Shown here one piece after another: positions 53,544 to 64,000 of a stretch of 64,000 nucleotides of DNA. The stretch comes from an uncultured Alphaproteobacteria bacterium (GTDB lineage: Bacteria > Pseudomonadota > Alphaproteobacteria > Rhizobiales > Methyloligellaceae), in NCBI GenBank assembly GCA_963832515.1, contig CAWHUE010000014.1, positions 18,517 through 82,516 of the forward strand. The letters run 5' to 3'. Position numbers and translations under genes: made by a program. The notes beneath the pieces were generated by a model. It saw only the letters and a program-made list of their open reading frames with translations, had not been told where the DNA came from and ran no database searches. The first letter of the stretch is position 1, and every line of letters begins with the position of its first letter.

Positions 53544-55382
53544 ATGAGCGTACAGACGAAGATTGCGCCCGCCGAAGCCAAGTCTGCCAAGCACGACACG
53601 CCGAAGACCACCAACAAGAAGGTGCTCGCGTTCGTCGAGGAGGCCAAGGCTCTGTTCAAGCCGGAGTCCGTCTATTGGTGCGACGGCTCGAAAGAAGAAT
53701 ATCAGGCCATGCTGAAGGCCCTGGTCGACGGCGGCACGGCCATCTGGCTCAACCCCGAGAAGCGTCCCAACTCCATCCTCGTCCGCTCCGATCCCAAGGA
53801 CGTCGCCCGCGTCGAGGACCAGACCTATATCTGCTCGAAGTCGAAAGACGACGCCGGGCCGACCAACAACTGGTTCGACCCCGCCGAAATGAAGGTAACG
53901 CTCAGCAAGCTCTATGACGGCGCCATGCAGGGTCGCACCATGTATGTGGTGCCCTATTCGATGGGCCCGGTCGGCTCGCCCATCGCCGGCATCGGCGTCA
54001 TGGTCACCGACTCCGCTTATGCCGTCGCCAACATGCACATCATGACGCGCGTCGGCGACACAGTGTGGAAGGCGCTCGGCGACTCCGAGGACTTCGTGCG
54101 CGGCATGCACACGGTGGGTTATCCGCTATCCACGCCCACCACCGCCGACGTGCCGTGGCCCTGCAACGAGAACAAGTACATCTCGCACTTCCCCGAGACG
54201 CGCGAGATCTGGTCTTACGGCTCCGGCTATGGCGGCAACGCGCTGCTCGGCAAGAAATGCCACGCGCTCCGCATCGCGTCGGTAAAGGCGCGCGACGAAG
54301 GCTGGATGGCCGAGCACATGCTCATCCTCAAGCTGACCAACCCGGAAGGGAAGTCGAAGTTCATCGCCGCCGCCTTCCCGAGTGCGTGCGGCAAGACCAA
54401 TCTCGCCATGCTCAACCCGACCATTCCCGGCTGGAAGGCCGAGACGATCGGCGACGACATCTGCTGGATGAAGTTCGGCGAGGACGGCAGGCTCTACGCC
54501 ATCAATCCAGAGACAGGATTCTTCGGCGTGGCGCCCGGCACTTCCAACGAGTCGAACTACAACGCGATGAAGACCCTGCATGCAAACTGCATCTACTCGA
54601 ACGTCGCGCTGACCGATGACGGCGACGTGTGGTGGGAGCAGATGGGGACGACGCCTGAGCACACCATCGACTGGATGCGCCGCAACTGGACGCCGAGCTC
54701 GGGCCGCACCGCCGCGCACGCCAACGCGCGCTTCACCGCGCCCGCTGCGCAGTGCCCGGTGATCGCGCCGGAATGGGAAGACCCCAAGGGCGTGCCGATC
54801 GACGCCATCCTGTTCGGCGGCCGCCGCGCCACCGTGGTGCCGCTCGTGACGGAAGCGCGCGACTGGAAGCACGGCACCTTCCTCGGCTCGATCATGGCGT
54901 CGGAGAAGACGGCCGCGGCCTCGGGCGTGAAAGGCGACATCCGCCGCGACCCGATGGCGATGCTGCCCTTCTGCGGCTACCACATGGGCGACTATTTCGC
55001 CCATTGGCTGAAGATGGGCGAGACGGCCGGCGCCAAGATGCCGAAGATCTTCTACGTGAACTGGTTCCGCAAAAGCCCGGAAGGCAAGTTCATGTGGCCC
55101 GGCTATGCCGAGAACTCCCGCGTGCTGAAATGGATCTTCGAGCGCTGCAATGGCCAGGCTGAAGCGGTCGATACGCCGATCGGCAAGGTGCCGGCGGACG
55201 GCGCGATCGACGTCAAGGGCGTGAAGGTCGATCCGGCCGACATGAAGGCGATGACGACGGTCGACAAGGAAGGCTGGAAGGCGGAGCTACCGCTGATCAA
55301 GGAGCATTTCGCGACCTTCGGCGACAAGCTTCCGCAGGGCCTGAAGGACGAGCTCGCCACGCTGGAAAAGCGCCTGAGCTAG
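53544..55382 (+). CDS. pckG: Phosphoenolpyruvate carboxykinase (GTP)
   Basis: [57 protein letters not shown]. Confidence 0.96.
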   Translation: MSVQTKIAPAEAKSAKHDTPKTTNKKVLAFVEEAKALFKPESVYWCDGSKEEYQAMLKALVDGGTAIWLNPEKRPNSILVRSDPKDVARVEDQTYICSKSKDDAGPTNNWFDPAEMKVTLSKLYDGAMQGRTMYVVPYSMGPVGSPIAGIGVMVTDSAYAVANMHIMTRVGDTVWKALGDSEDFVRGMHTVGYPLSTPTTADVPWPCNENKYISHFPETREIWSYGSGYGGNALLGKKCHALRIASVKARDEGWMAEHMLILKLTNPEGKSKFIAAAFPSACGKTNLAMLNPTIPGWKAETIGDDICWMKFGEDGRLYAINPETGFFGVAPGTSNESNYNAMKTLHANCIYSNVALTDDGDVWWEQMGTTPEHTIDWMRRNWTPSSGRTAAHANARFTAPAAQCPVIAPEWEDPKGVPIDAILFGGRRATVVPLVTEARDWKHGTFLGSIMASEKTAAASGVKGDIRRDPMAMLPFCGYHMGDYFAHWLKMGETAGAKMPKIFYVNWFRKSPEGKFMWPGYAENSRVLKWIFERCNGQAEAVDTPIGKVPADGAIDVKGVKVDPADMKAMTTVDKEGWKAELPLIKEHFATFGDKLPQGLKDELATLEKRLS

Positions 55383-55395
55383 TCTGGCCTTCTTC

Positions 55396-55475
55396 GTCAT
55401 ACCGGCGAAAGCCGGTATCCAGGACAGCATGTTCTGTGCCGGTCGCTCCTGGATTCCGGCTTGCGCCGGAATGAC
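55396..55475. repeat. CGTC-tagged REP-like palindromic doublet
   Basis: GTCATACCGGCGAAAGCCGGTATCCAGG...CCTGGATTCCGGCTTGCGCCGGAATGAC. Confidence 0.85.
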
Positions 55476-55548
55476 AGCTGCGGCGAGAAACCGAGAACCG
55501 CTCCACGCGGTTACACCGACGCCCGTCCAAGCACATCGGAGGAATGCT

Positions 55549-56901
55549 ATGTGGTGGCACTCGACCGGCCTCGTCGCTTTGACCGCGCTTCTCGCCGCCC
55601 TCTCTCCGAACAGCGGATTGGCCGAGCCCTCGGAAGGCACCGTGCTGTTCCAGAACGTGCGCGTCTTCGACGGCAAGAGCAATGAGCTGTCCGCACCGAC
55701 AAATGTTCTGGTGCGCGGCAACAAGATCGAGAAGATCACGACCGAGGATATTCCGGCAGATCGCAGCCCCGATACCACCATCGTCGATGGCGGCGGCCGC
55801 ACATTGATGCCGGGTCTGATCGACGCGCATTGGCATGCGATGTTGATACGGCCAACCCCAGCCCAGGTGCTCGCAAACGATATCGGCTACACGACTCTCT
55901 TGGCGGGTGCGGAAGCCACGGCCACGTTGATGCGCGGCTTCACCACGATACGCGACATGGGAGGTCCGAGCTTTGCCTTGAAGCGCGCCATCGATGAGGG
56001 GCTATTGCCCGGGCCGCGCATCTATCCGTCCGGAGCCATGATCACGATCACCAGCGGTCACGGCGATTTTCGCCCGCTCTCCGACCTGCCGCGAACACCC
56101 GGGGCACCACTCAGCCGCATGGAGCAGATCGGCGGGAGCATCGTTGCGGACAGCCCTGACGAGGTCCGTCTCCGCGTGCGCGAGCAGCTGATGCAGGGCG
56201 CGTCGCAGATCAAGCTCACGGCAGGCGGCGGCGTGGCGTCCCCGTTCAGTCCGTTGGATGTCTCGACCTTCACCGAGGCGGAGCTGAAGGCCGCTGTCGA
56301 GGCTGCCGAGAACTGGGGAACCTATGTGTGCACGCATGCCTACACGCCTGTTGCCATCCAGCGGTCGATCGCAGCAGGTGTCAGATGCATCGAGCATGCG
56401 CATTTGATGGACGACGCGACGGCGCAGCTCATGGCCGACAAGGGCATTTGGCTGAGCACCCAGCCGTTCCTCGATATGACGAGTGCCGCAGCGCTTGGCC
56501 CCGAGGAACAGGAGAAGAAGCGCCAAGTGGTCGCCGGCACGGACAAGGTTTATGCGCTGGCCAAGAAGTACAAGCTGAAGACTGCGTTCGGCACCGACAT
56601 CCTGTTCTCCCAGGCGCTAGCCGAGCGGCAAAACGCCAGGCTCACCGATCTGACCAAGTGGTTCACGCCGGCCGAGGCCCTGACCATGGCAACCTCGACC
56701 AATGCCGAACTGCTCGCGCTGTCCAGCCTTCGCAACCCCTATCCCGGCAAACTCGGCGTGGTCGAAGAAGGCGCGCTTGCCGACCTGCTGTTGGTCCACG
56801 GCGATCCACTCACGAATATCGAGCTGATCGAGGATCCGGCCAGGAATTTCGTCGTCATCATGAAGGACGGGAAAATCTACAAGAACACGCTCGCACACTG
56901 A
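55549..56901 (+). CDS. Exported amidohydrolase (prolidase-like, met_dep_hydrolase_A)
   Basis: GGAGG RBS, signal peptide, PGLIDAHWH, GFTTIRDMGG, IEH, FGTD, ADLLLV. Confidence 0.88.
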   Translation: MWWHSTGLVALTALLAALSPNSGLAEPSEGTVLFQNVRVFDGKSNELSAPTNVLVRGNKIEKITTEDIPADRSPDTTIVDGGGRTLMPGLIDAHWHAMLIRPTPAQVLANDIGYTTLLAGAEATATLMRGFTTIRDMGGPSFALKRAIDEGLLPGPRIYPSGAMITITSGHGDFRPLSDLPRTPGAPLSRMEQIGGSIVADSPDEVRLRVREQLMQGASQIKLTAGGGVASPFSPLDVSTFTEAELKAAVEAAENWGTYVCTHAYTPVAIQRSIAAGVRCIEHAHLMDDATAQLMADKGIWLSTQPFLDMTSAAALGPEEQEKKRQVVAGTDKVYALAKKYKLKTAFGTDILFSQALAERQNARLTDLTKWFTPAEALTMATSTNAELLALSSLRNPYPGKLGVVEEGALADLLLVHGDPLTNIELIEDPARNFVVIMKDGKIYKNTLAH

Positions 56902-56906
56902 CGGCA

Positions 56907-56981
56907 GTCGCCCCGGCGAAAGCCGGGGTCCATTTTTTTCGCGCTTCGCCCGGGCTGGATTCCGGCTTGCGCCGGAATGAC
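56907..56981. repeat. CGTC-type REP-like palindromic doublet
   Basis: GTCGCCCCGGCGAAAGCCGGGGTCCA...CTGGATTCCGGCTTGCGCCGGAATGAC. Confidence 0.82.
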
Positions 56982-57035
56982 ATCGCGTTATCCCCCTCTT
57001 ATCCTCGCCTTCAAATCGCGATTAAACTCACACCA

Positions 57036-57118
57036 CCTCATCCGTTGAGGGGCGCTTTCGCGAGGCGTCGTGACGGCGGGGTCGAGGCGCGGCGGCGGCG
57101 GGCCTCGTCGCAACAGGA
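57036..57118 (+). ncRNA. Candidate structured RNA or leader upstream of ggt
   Basis: Starts 7 nt after a TAAACT -10-like hexamer. CCTCATCCGT can pair with GCGGGGTCGAGG, enclosing GAGGGGCGCTTTCGCGAGGCGTCGTGA. Confidence 0.35.
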
Positions 57119-57165
57119 GACACTGCGCTCTTGCCGCTCGCCAATCGACGCCTTAGGCAGGATTG

Positions 57166-58683
57166 ATGGCCAAGACACAGAGCGTGGTTGCGGCGGGACA
57201 TGAGCTGACCGCGCAAGCCGCAGCGGAAATTCTGCAGGATGGCGGCAACGCCTTCGACGCCGCGCTCGCCGGCGCGCTGATGACCTTCGTGGCCGAAGCG
57301 GTGTTCGCCTCGCCCGGCGGCGGCGGCTTCCTCATGGCGCGACAGGCGGGGCGTTCTGACGCCACGCTGTTCGACTTCTTCGCCGAGACACCGCTCAAGC
57401 GCCACGCGCCGGACGAGGTCTCGTTCTTTCCAATTGATGCGGATTTCGGCCCAACCAAGCAGGAGTTCCATATCGGGCTCGGATCGAGTGCTGCGCCTGG
57501 CGCCGTGGCGGGACTGTTCGCCGTACACGAGGCGCTCGGCACACTGCCGATGCAGCGGCTGGCCGAGCCTGCGGTGCGCGCAGCGCGCGCAGGCTTCGCG
57601 CTCACCGCGTTCCAGGCCTATCTCTTCACCGTCATCGCACCAATCCTCACCGCGAGCCCCGGCGTTGCGGCGATCTTTGCGCCCGGCGGCAAGCTGCTTG
57701 AAGCGGGCGAGACGTTCCGCAACGAAGGACTCGCGGAGACGCTTCAATGGCTTTCCGAGGACGGCGCGCGGCTCTTCGTGGATGGCGACGTGGGGCAAGC
57801 CATCTCGGAGCAGTCGCGTACGCTGGGCGGTTACCTTACGTCAGATGACCTCAGCCGGTATCGCGTCGAGCTGCGCGAGCCGCTTCATTGGCGGCACGCC
57901 GGCGCGACCGTGGCGCTCAATCCGCCGCCAGCGGCGAGCGGCGCGCTGATCGCCTTCGGACTCGCTTACCTCGAAGCGCTCACCGAACGCGGCCGCGCCA
58001 TCGATGCCGTGGCTTTGCGGTACGCGATGGAAGCCACCAACGCGGCGCGCGCCACTCATGGCGAAGGACTTGCCGCGCGGCTTGCCGGAGGCGCGATCGC
58101 CAAAGAGCTGCGCGCGGCCGAGCGCCATCCACCGGCCTATCGCGGCACGACCCATGTCAGCGTGATCGACGGCGACGGCAACGCCGCCGCGATCAGTCTC
58201 TCCAACGGCGAGGGCAACGGCTTCATCGTCGGGAATTTCGGCTTCATGCTGAACAACATGCTGGGCGAGGACGATCTCGGCCCGCTCGATGCCTGGCGCG
58301 AGGGCACGCGCATGTCATCGATGATGGCGCCGACCATCATCCTTGCGCCTGACGGAACGGTGACGGCGCTCGGCACCGGCGGCTCGAACCGCATCCGCAC
58401 CGCCATCCTGCAAGTCGCCGTGAACCTGCTCGATCGCGGCATGGATCTCGAGGGTGCCGTCGAGGCCGCGCGCCTGCACGTGGAACGCGACGGCAAAGTG
58501 AGCTTCGAGCCTGGGCTGCCGGATGGTGCGGAAGAGGCGCTGCGCGCGGGCGCGCCTGAGGCTCACGCCTGGCCCGCGCGCAATCTTTTCTTTGGCGGCG
58601 TGCATGCCGCGCGGCGTCATGCGAATGGCGGCGTGGAGGGCGCGGGCGACCCGCGCCGCCAGGGCACCGCACTTGTGATATGA
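57166..58683 (+). CDS. ggt: Gamma-glutamyltransferase family protein, no signal peptide
   Basis: GGNAFDAA, PGGGGF, autoprocessing GTTHVSVIDGDGN, LNNMLGE, SMMAP, GTGGS, GAGDPRR. Confidence 0.9.
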   Translation: MAKTQSVVAAGHELTAQAAAEILQDGGNAFDAALAGALMTFVAEAVFASPGGGGFLMARQAGRSDATLFDFFAETPLKRHAPDEVSFFPIDADFGPTKQEFHIGLGSSAAPGAVAGLFAVHEALGTLPMQRLAEPAVRAARAGFALTAFQAYLFTVIAPILTASPGVAAIFAPGGKLLEAGETFRNEGLAETLQWLSEDGARLFVDGDVGQAISEQSRTLGGYLTSDDLSRYRVELREPLHWRHAGATVALNPPPAASGALIAFGLAYLEALTERGRAIDAVALRYAMEATNAARATHGEGLAARLAGGAIAKELRAAERHPPAYRGTTHVSVIDGDGNAAAISLSNGEGNGFIVGNFGFMLNNMLGEDDLGPLDAWREGTRMSSMMAPTIILAPDGTVTALGTGGSNRIRTAILQVAVNLLDRGMDLEGAVEAARLHVERDGKVSFEPGLPDGAEEALRAGAPEAHAWPARNLFFGGVHAARRHANGGVEGAGDPRRQGTALVI

Positions 58684-58700
58684 GGGAGCGAGAGGGATCG

Positions 58701-59393
58701 ATGCGAAACGCCATTGCCATACGTCATGTCGCCTTCGAGGATGCCGGCACATTGGAGCCTGTGCTCTCGGAACGCGGGATCGCGCTGCGCTATCTGGAAG
58801 CCGGGATCGACGACCTTTCGCCGGCGAAGGATGCCGATCTGCTGCTCGTGCTCGGCGGACCGATCGGCATCTACGAGGTGGATCGCTATCCCTTCCTCAA
58901 GCAGGAGCTGGCGACCATCGAGGAAGCGGTGAAGAAAAGCGTGCCGGTGATCGGCATCTGCCTCGGCTGCCAGGCGCTTGCCGCCGTGCTCGCCGCCCGC
59001 GTCTATCCCGGCAAGCAGAAGGAGCTTGGCTGGGACGAGCTCACACTGACGAAGGTCGGTAAGGAGTCCCCGCTCGGCGTGCTGGACGGCGTGCGCATCT
59101 TGAACTGGCATGGCGACACGTTCGATCTGCCGGTCGGCGCGACGCGGCTGGCCTCGACGCCGATCACGCCGAACCAGGCCTTCGCCTACGGTCCGAAAGT
59201 TCTGGCGCTGCAGTTCCATGTCGAGTTGCCGGAACGCGATCTGGAGAAATGGCTGATCGGGCATACGCTCGAACTCGCCACGTCCAAGGTCGATCTCGCC
59301 AAGATGCGCGCCGACACCGCGCGTTACGCGCCCGCCGTGAACGAGGCGAGCAAGACGCTGTTCAACACCTGGCTCGACGGCCTTTCTGCGTAA
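58701..59393 (+). CDS. Class I glutamine amidotransferase-like protein
   Basis: RHVAFED, LGGPIG, GICLG, WHGDTFDLP, LQFHVE. Confidence 0.9.
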   Translation: MRNAIAIRHVAFEDAGTLEPVLSERGIALRYLEAGIDDLSPAKDADLLLVLGGPIGIYEVDRYPFLKQELATIEEAVKKSVPVIGICLGCQALAAVLAARVYPGKQKELGWDELTLTKVGKESPLGVLDGVRILNWHGDTFDLPVGATRLASTPITPNQAFAYGPKVLALQFHVELPERDLEKWLIGHTLELATSKVDLAKMRADTARYAPAVNEASKTLFNTWLDGLSA

Positions 59394-59450
59394 CCGCGGG
59401 CGATAGACAGACGGCTGGCTGCGCAATAGCCTCAAGCACAGGAAACGCTC

Positions 59451-59744
59451 ATGCTCTTTGCTGCGATCTGCACCGACAAGCCCGGCAGCTTGGATAAACG
59501 CAAGGCGAACCGGCCCGAGCATCTCGCTTATCTCAAGGGCCTCGGCGAGGCGCTCGTGCTGGCGGGCCCGTTCACCGAGGAGGACGGCACGAGCATGAAC
59601 GGCAGCCTGATCGTGGTCGAGGCCGCCTCGCTCGAAGACGCGCGCAAGATCATCGCGGGCGACCCCTTCGCCAAAGCAGGAATCTTCGCGAGCGTCGAAA
59701 TCCGCCCCTGGCTCTGGAGCATCAACAACCCGAACCGCAAGTAA
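59451..59744 (+). CDS. yciI: YciI family protein
   Basis: DKPG..R..RPEHLAYL, AGP, GSL, DPF. Confidence 0.9.
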   Translation: MLFAAICTDKPGSLDKRKANRPEHLAYLKGLGEALVLAGPFTEEDGTSMNGSLIVVEAASLEDARKIIAGDPFAKAGIFASVEIRPWLWSINNPNRK

Positions 59745-59754
59745 GCGCGCCGCC

Positions 59755-60186
59755 ATGGCCTATTGGCTGATGAAGTCCGAGCCCGATTCCTGGTCCTTCG
59801 ACCAGCAGAAGAAGGCAGGCCGCAAGGGCGCGGAGTGGGACGGCGTGCGCAACTTCCAGGCGCGCAGCAACATGAAGGCGATGAAAAAGGGAGACCTCGC
59901 CTTCTTCTACCACACGGGCGAGGAGAAGGCCGTGGTCGGCATCGTCGAGATCGTGGCCGAGGCGCACCCCGACTCCACCGACCCGACCGGCCAATGGCAA
60001 TGCGTCGACGTGGCGGCAGTCGAGGACCTGAAGCGGCCGGTGACGCTTGCCGAGGTCAAGGCGCACGCGAAGCTCAAGGACATGAAGCTTGCGCGCAACC
60101 CGCGCCTTTCGGTGCAGCCCGTGACGCCTCAGGAATGGGCTATCATCTGCAAGCTTGGAGGCTTGGCCAAGCCGCCAGAGGCCTAG
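59755..60186 (+). CDS. EVE domain protein
   Basis: YWLMKSEP, WDGVRNFQAR, FFYH, RLSVQPV. Confidence 0.95.
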   Translation: MAYWLMKSEPDSWSFDQQKKAGRKGAEWDGVRNFQARSNMKAMKKGDLAFFYHTGEEKAVVGIVEIVAEAHPDSTDPTGQWQCVDVAAVEDLKRPVTLAEVKAHAKLKDMKLARNPRLSVQPVTPQEWAIICKLGGLAKPPEA

Positions 60187-60221
60187 CGGCAGGGCAAGTC
60201 CCACAACAAGGGGGAAATGTC

Positions 60222-60634
60222 ATGCAGATTCCAGTCAACTATCTCGCCGTCGTCATTGCCACCCTGGCCGCGTTCGGTCTTGGCATGGTCTGGCACACGG
60301 TGCTGTTCAGACCTTGGCGCGCGTCGCTCGGCAAGACCGCCGACGTTGACGGCACGGACCTACGTGGTGCCGTTCCTCATCACCTTCCTGGCCCTGCTCC
60401 TCATGGCCTGGATGCTTGCCGGCCTGATGGGCCATCTCGCCCAGGTCACATCCCAGAGGCGGCGTGATGACCGCGTTCTTCGTTTGGGCCGGGTTCGTCA
60501 TCACCGTCATGGCCGTCAGCCACGCCTTCACCGGCGCGAAGCCGATGCTCATGGTGATCGACGGCGCCTATTGGCTCCTCGCGCTTCTGATCATGGGCGC
60601 GGTCATCGGCGCGTTCGGAATGCCGGGCACCTGA
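60222..60634 (+). CDS. DUF1761 family membrane protein (indels)
   Basis: VNYLAVVIA..GMVW, AFFVWAGF and IDGAYWL are spread over three frames. Confidence 0.8.
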
Positions 60635-60745
60635 CGACGCAATGGCCTAAGCAAGCCTTTGCCCGATCGCCCAACCTGATCGTATGATCGGGGCATACAA
60701 GGAGGCGTCAGCCAATGACGCCGCGTTCTAGGGAGGATCGGGCTG

Positions 60746-62714
<1,969 letters not shown>

Positions 62715-62728
62715 CAGGGCCGGGGCGC

Positions 62729-63205
62729 TTAGGCGGTCAGAGCGCGGGTGATCTGGTTCAGAAACGCGTTCCAAGCGTCCTTGGTCTCGCGGGTGAAGCG
62801 CTTCTCGAGCGACGTTTCGAGCGTCCAGGTCAGCGCGCGCGCCATGGTGCGGTAGTGGCGCAGCCTGATGCCGAGCTGGCGATGCCGGGCGCCGAGCAGC
62901 TTCAGGATCGGCCGCAGGCCCTCGTCATGGTTGAGCGTGATCATGGCGAGCTTCATCGCCGCGGAGAACTTCCGCGCCTGCACGTCTATCGGGCTTGCGA
63001 ATTTCGTGCGCAAGGACGGGTCGAGCCGGAACAGCTTCATGCAGAAGAGCTGCGCGACGAGCTCGCGCGCGGGCTCGATCTTCTCGAAGCTCTCGCGGAT
63101 CAGTTTCTTCTGTTTCGCGGTAAGCGTGACTTCAGCGGCGGCGCGCGGCTGGGCCCTGCGGCCTCGGGCGCTTCTTCCGACGGGCAGTTGGATTACGGCT
63201 GACAT
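62729..63205 (-). CDS. Single-domain globin (FHb/Vgb-like fold)
   Basis: LTAKQKKLIRESF, LF.KLF..DP...KF (CD1), Q..KF (E7), LGARH (F8), HY, AW. Confidence 0.85.
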   Translation of the reverse strand: MSAVIQLPVGRSARGRRAQPRAAAEVTLTAKQKKLIRESFEKIEPARELVAQLFCMKLFRLDPSLRTKFASPIDVQARKFSAAMKLAMITLNHDEGLRPILKLLGARHRQLGIRLRHYRTMARALTWTLETSLEKRFTRETKDAWNAFLNQITRALTA

Positions 63206-63330
63206 GGCAAGATTCCCCACGACGCAAGTTGAGGGTAGGAGCATGGGGGGACAGGGTTTGACGAACGGTTAAGGTAACCAAATTGGCAACCAATTCGCCT
63301 CCCCGGGCTCACGCCGGCTTCGGTTAACGT

Positions 63331-63361
63331 CTTGTGAACTCGGGGCCGGAATTCCAACATA
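63331..63361 (+). promoter_or_regulatory. Candidate RpoH promoter of htpX
   Basis: CTTGTG-17 nt-CCAACAT resembles the alphaproteobacterial CTTGAA-N16/17-CCTATAT consensus. Confidence 0.45.
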
Positions 63362-63404
63362 ATCGTCGCGCCCGGCAGACCGTGGAGCGCCTTGGGAGGA
63401 CCAA

Positions 63405-64000
63405 ATGAGCTATTTCCGCACCGCGATCCTGCTTGCAGCGATGACGGCGCTGTTCATGGGCATCGGCTATATGTTCGGCGGCCAAACCGGCATGATCATC
63501 GCCTTCCTCGTCGCGGCGGGCATGAACCTGTTCGCCTGGTGGAACTCCGACAAGATGGTGCTGCGCATGCACGGCGCGCGCGAGGTCGACGAGCGCTCGG
63601 CGCCCGAGCTTTACCGCATGACGCAGGAGCTTGCGGCGGCCGCGAATTTGCCGATGCCGCGCCTGTTCATCATGGAGAACCCGCAGCCCAACGCGTTCGC
63701 CACGGGTCGCAATCCGCAGAACGGCGCCGTCGCGGTCACGACCGGCCTGATGCAGCTCGTCAACAAGGAAGAGGTCGCCGGCGTGATCGCGCACGAGCTC
63801 GCCCATATCAAGAACCGCGACACGCTGCTGATGACCGTCACCGCGACGATCGCCGGCGCCATCTCGATGGTCGCCAATGTCGCGATGTTTTCAGGGGCGC
63901 GCGGCAACAATAACGGCATCGGCGCACTCGGCACGATCGCGCTCGTTATTCTCGCGCCCATCGCCGCCGGCATCGTGCAGATGGCGATCAGCCGGACGCG
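63405..64000 (+). CDS. htpX: Zinc metalloprotease HtpX, 3' end outside window
   Basis: GGGAGG RBS; [53 protein letters not shown]. Confidence 0.95.
   Translation, partial: MSYFRTAILLAAMTALFMGIGYMFGGQTGMIIAFLVAAGMNLFAWWNSDKMVLRMHGAREVDERSAPELYRMTQELAAAANLPMPRLFIMENPQPNAFATGRNPQNGAVAVTTGLMQLVNKEEVAGVIAHELAHIKNRDTLLMTVTATIAGAISMVANVAMFSGARGNNNGIGALGTIALVILAPIAAGIVQMAISRT

Noticed and set aside
59755-60186. EVE domain as a modification-dependent defence gene
   Set aside because: Stand-alone EVE in the conserved yciI-EVE-DUF1761 context, with no nuclease partner.

Overview
A high-GC alphaproteobacterial chromosome segment. Gene content and order point to Hyphomicrobiales/Rhizobiales; a Methyloceanibacter-like origin is an inference only. 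It is mostly conserved housekeeping synteny: queG-fzlA/uppP, tRNA-Leu-rnd-lptCAB-rpoN-hpf-ptsN, tRNA-Ala, aroA-ppa-cmk-rpsA-sppA-ihfB-trpFBA-accD-folC, ahcY-divL-tsaE/amgK-murU-addBA-trxA, npr-manX-hprK-chvG-chvI, a GTP-type PEPCK, and yciI-EVE-DUF1761-acs-globin-htpX. About 15 genes, several of them essential, are broken by single-base indels (mostly +1). These look like uncorrected long-read errors, not pseudogenes. Accessory material lies mainly at 14.2-20.4 kb (dipZ-msrA, a DEAD-box helicase followed by three small uncharacterised proteins, a Cys-rich secreted mini-protein, gene remnants), 32.7-33.3 kb and 51.3-59.4 kb. There are six REP/CIR-like palindromic elements, but no integrase, transposase, CRISPR array or prophage was seen. 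I cannot demonstrate a large new system. The best leads are the helicase plus small-protein operon, a promoter-proximal structured RNA upstream of ggt, a structured hpf leader, an apparent in-place swap to GTP-dependent PEPCK, and a basic globin with Cys at B10.
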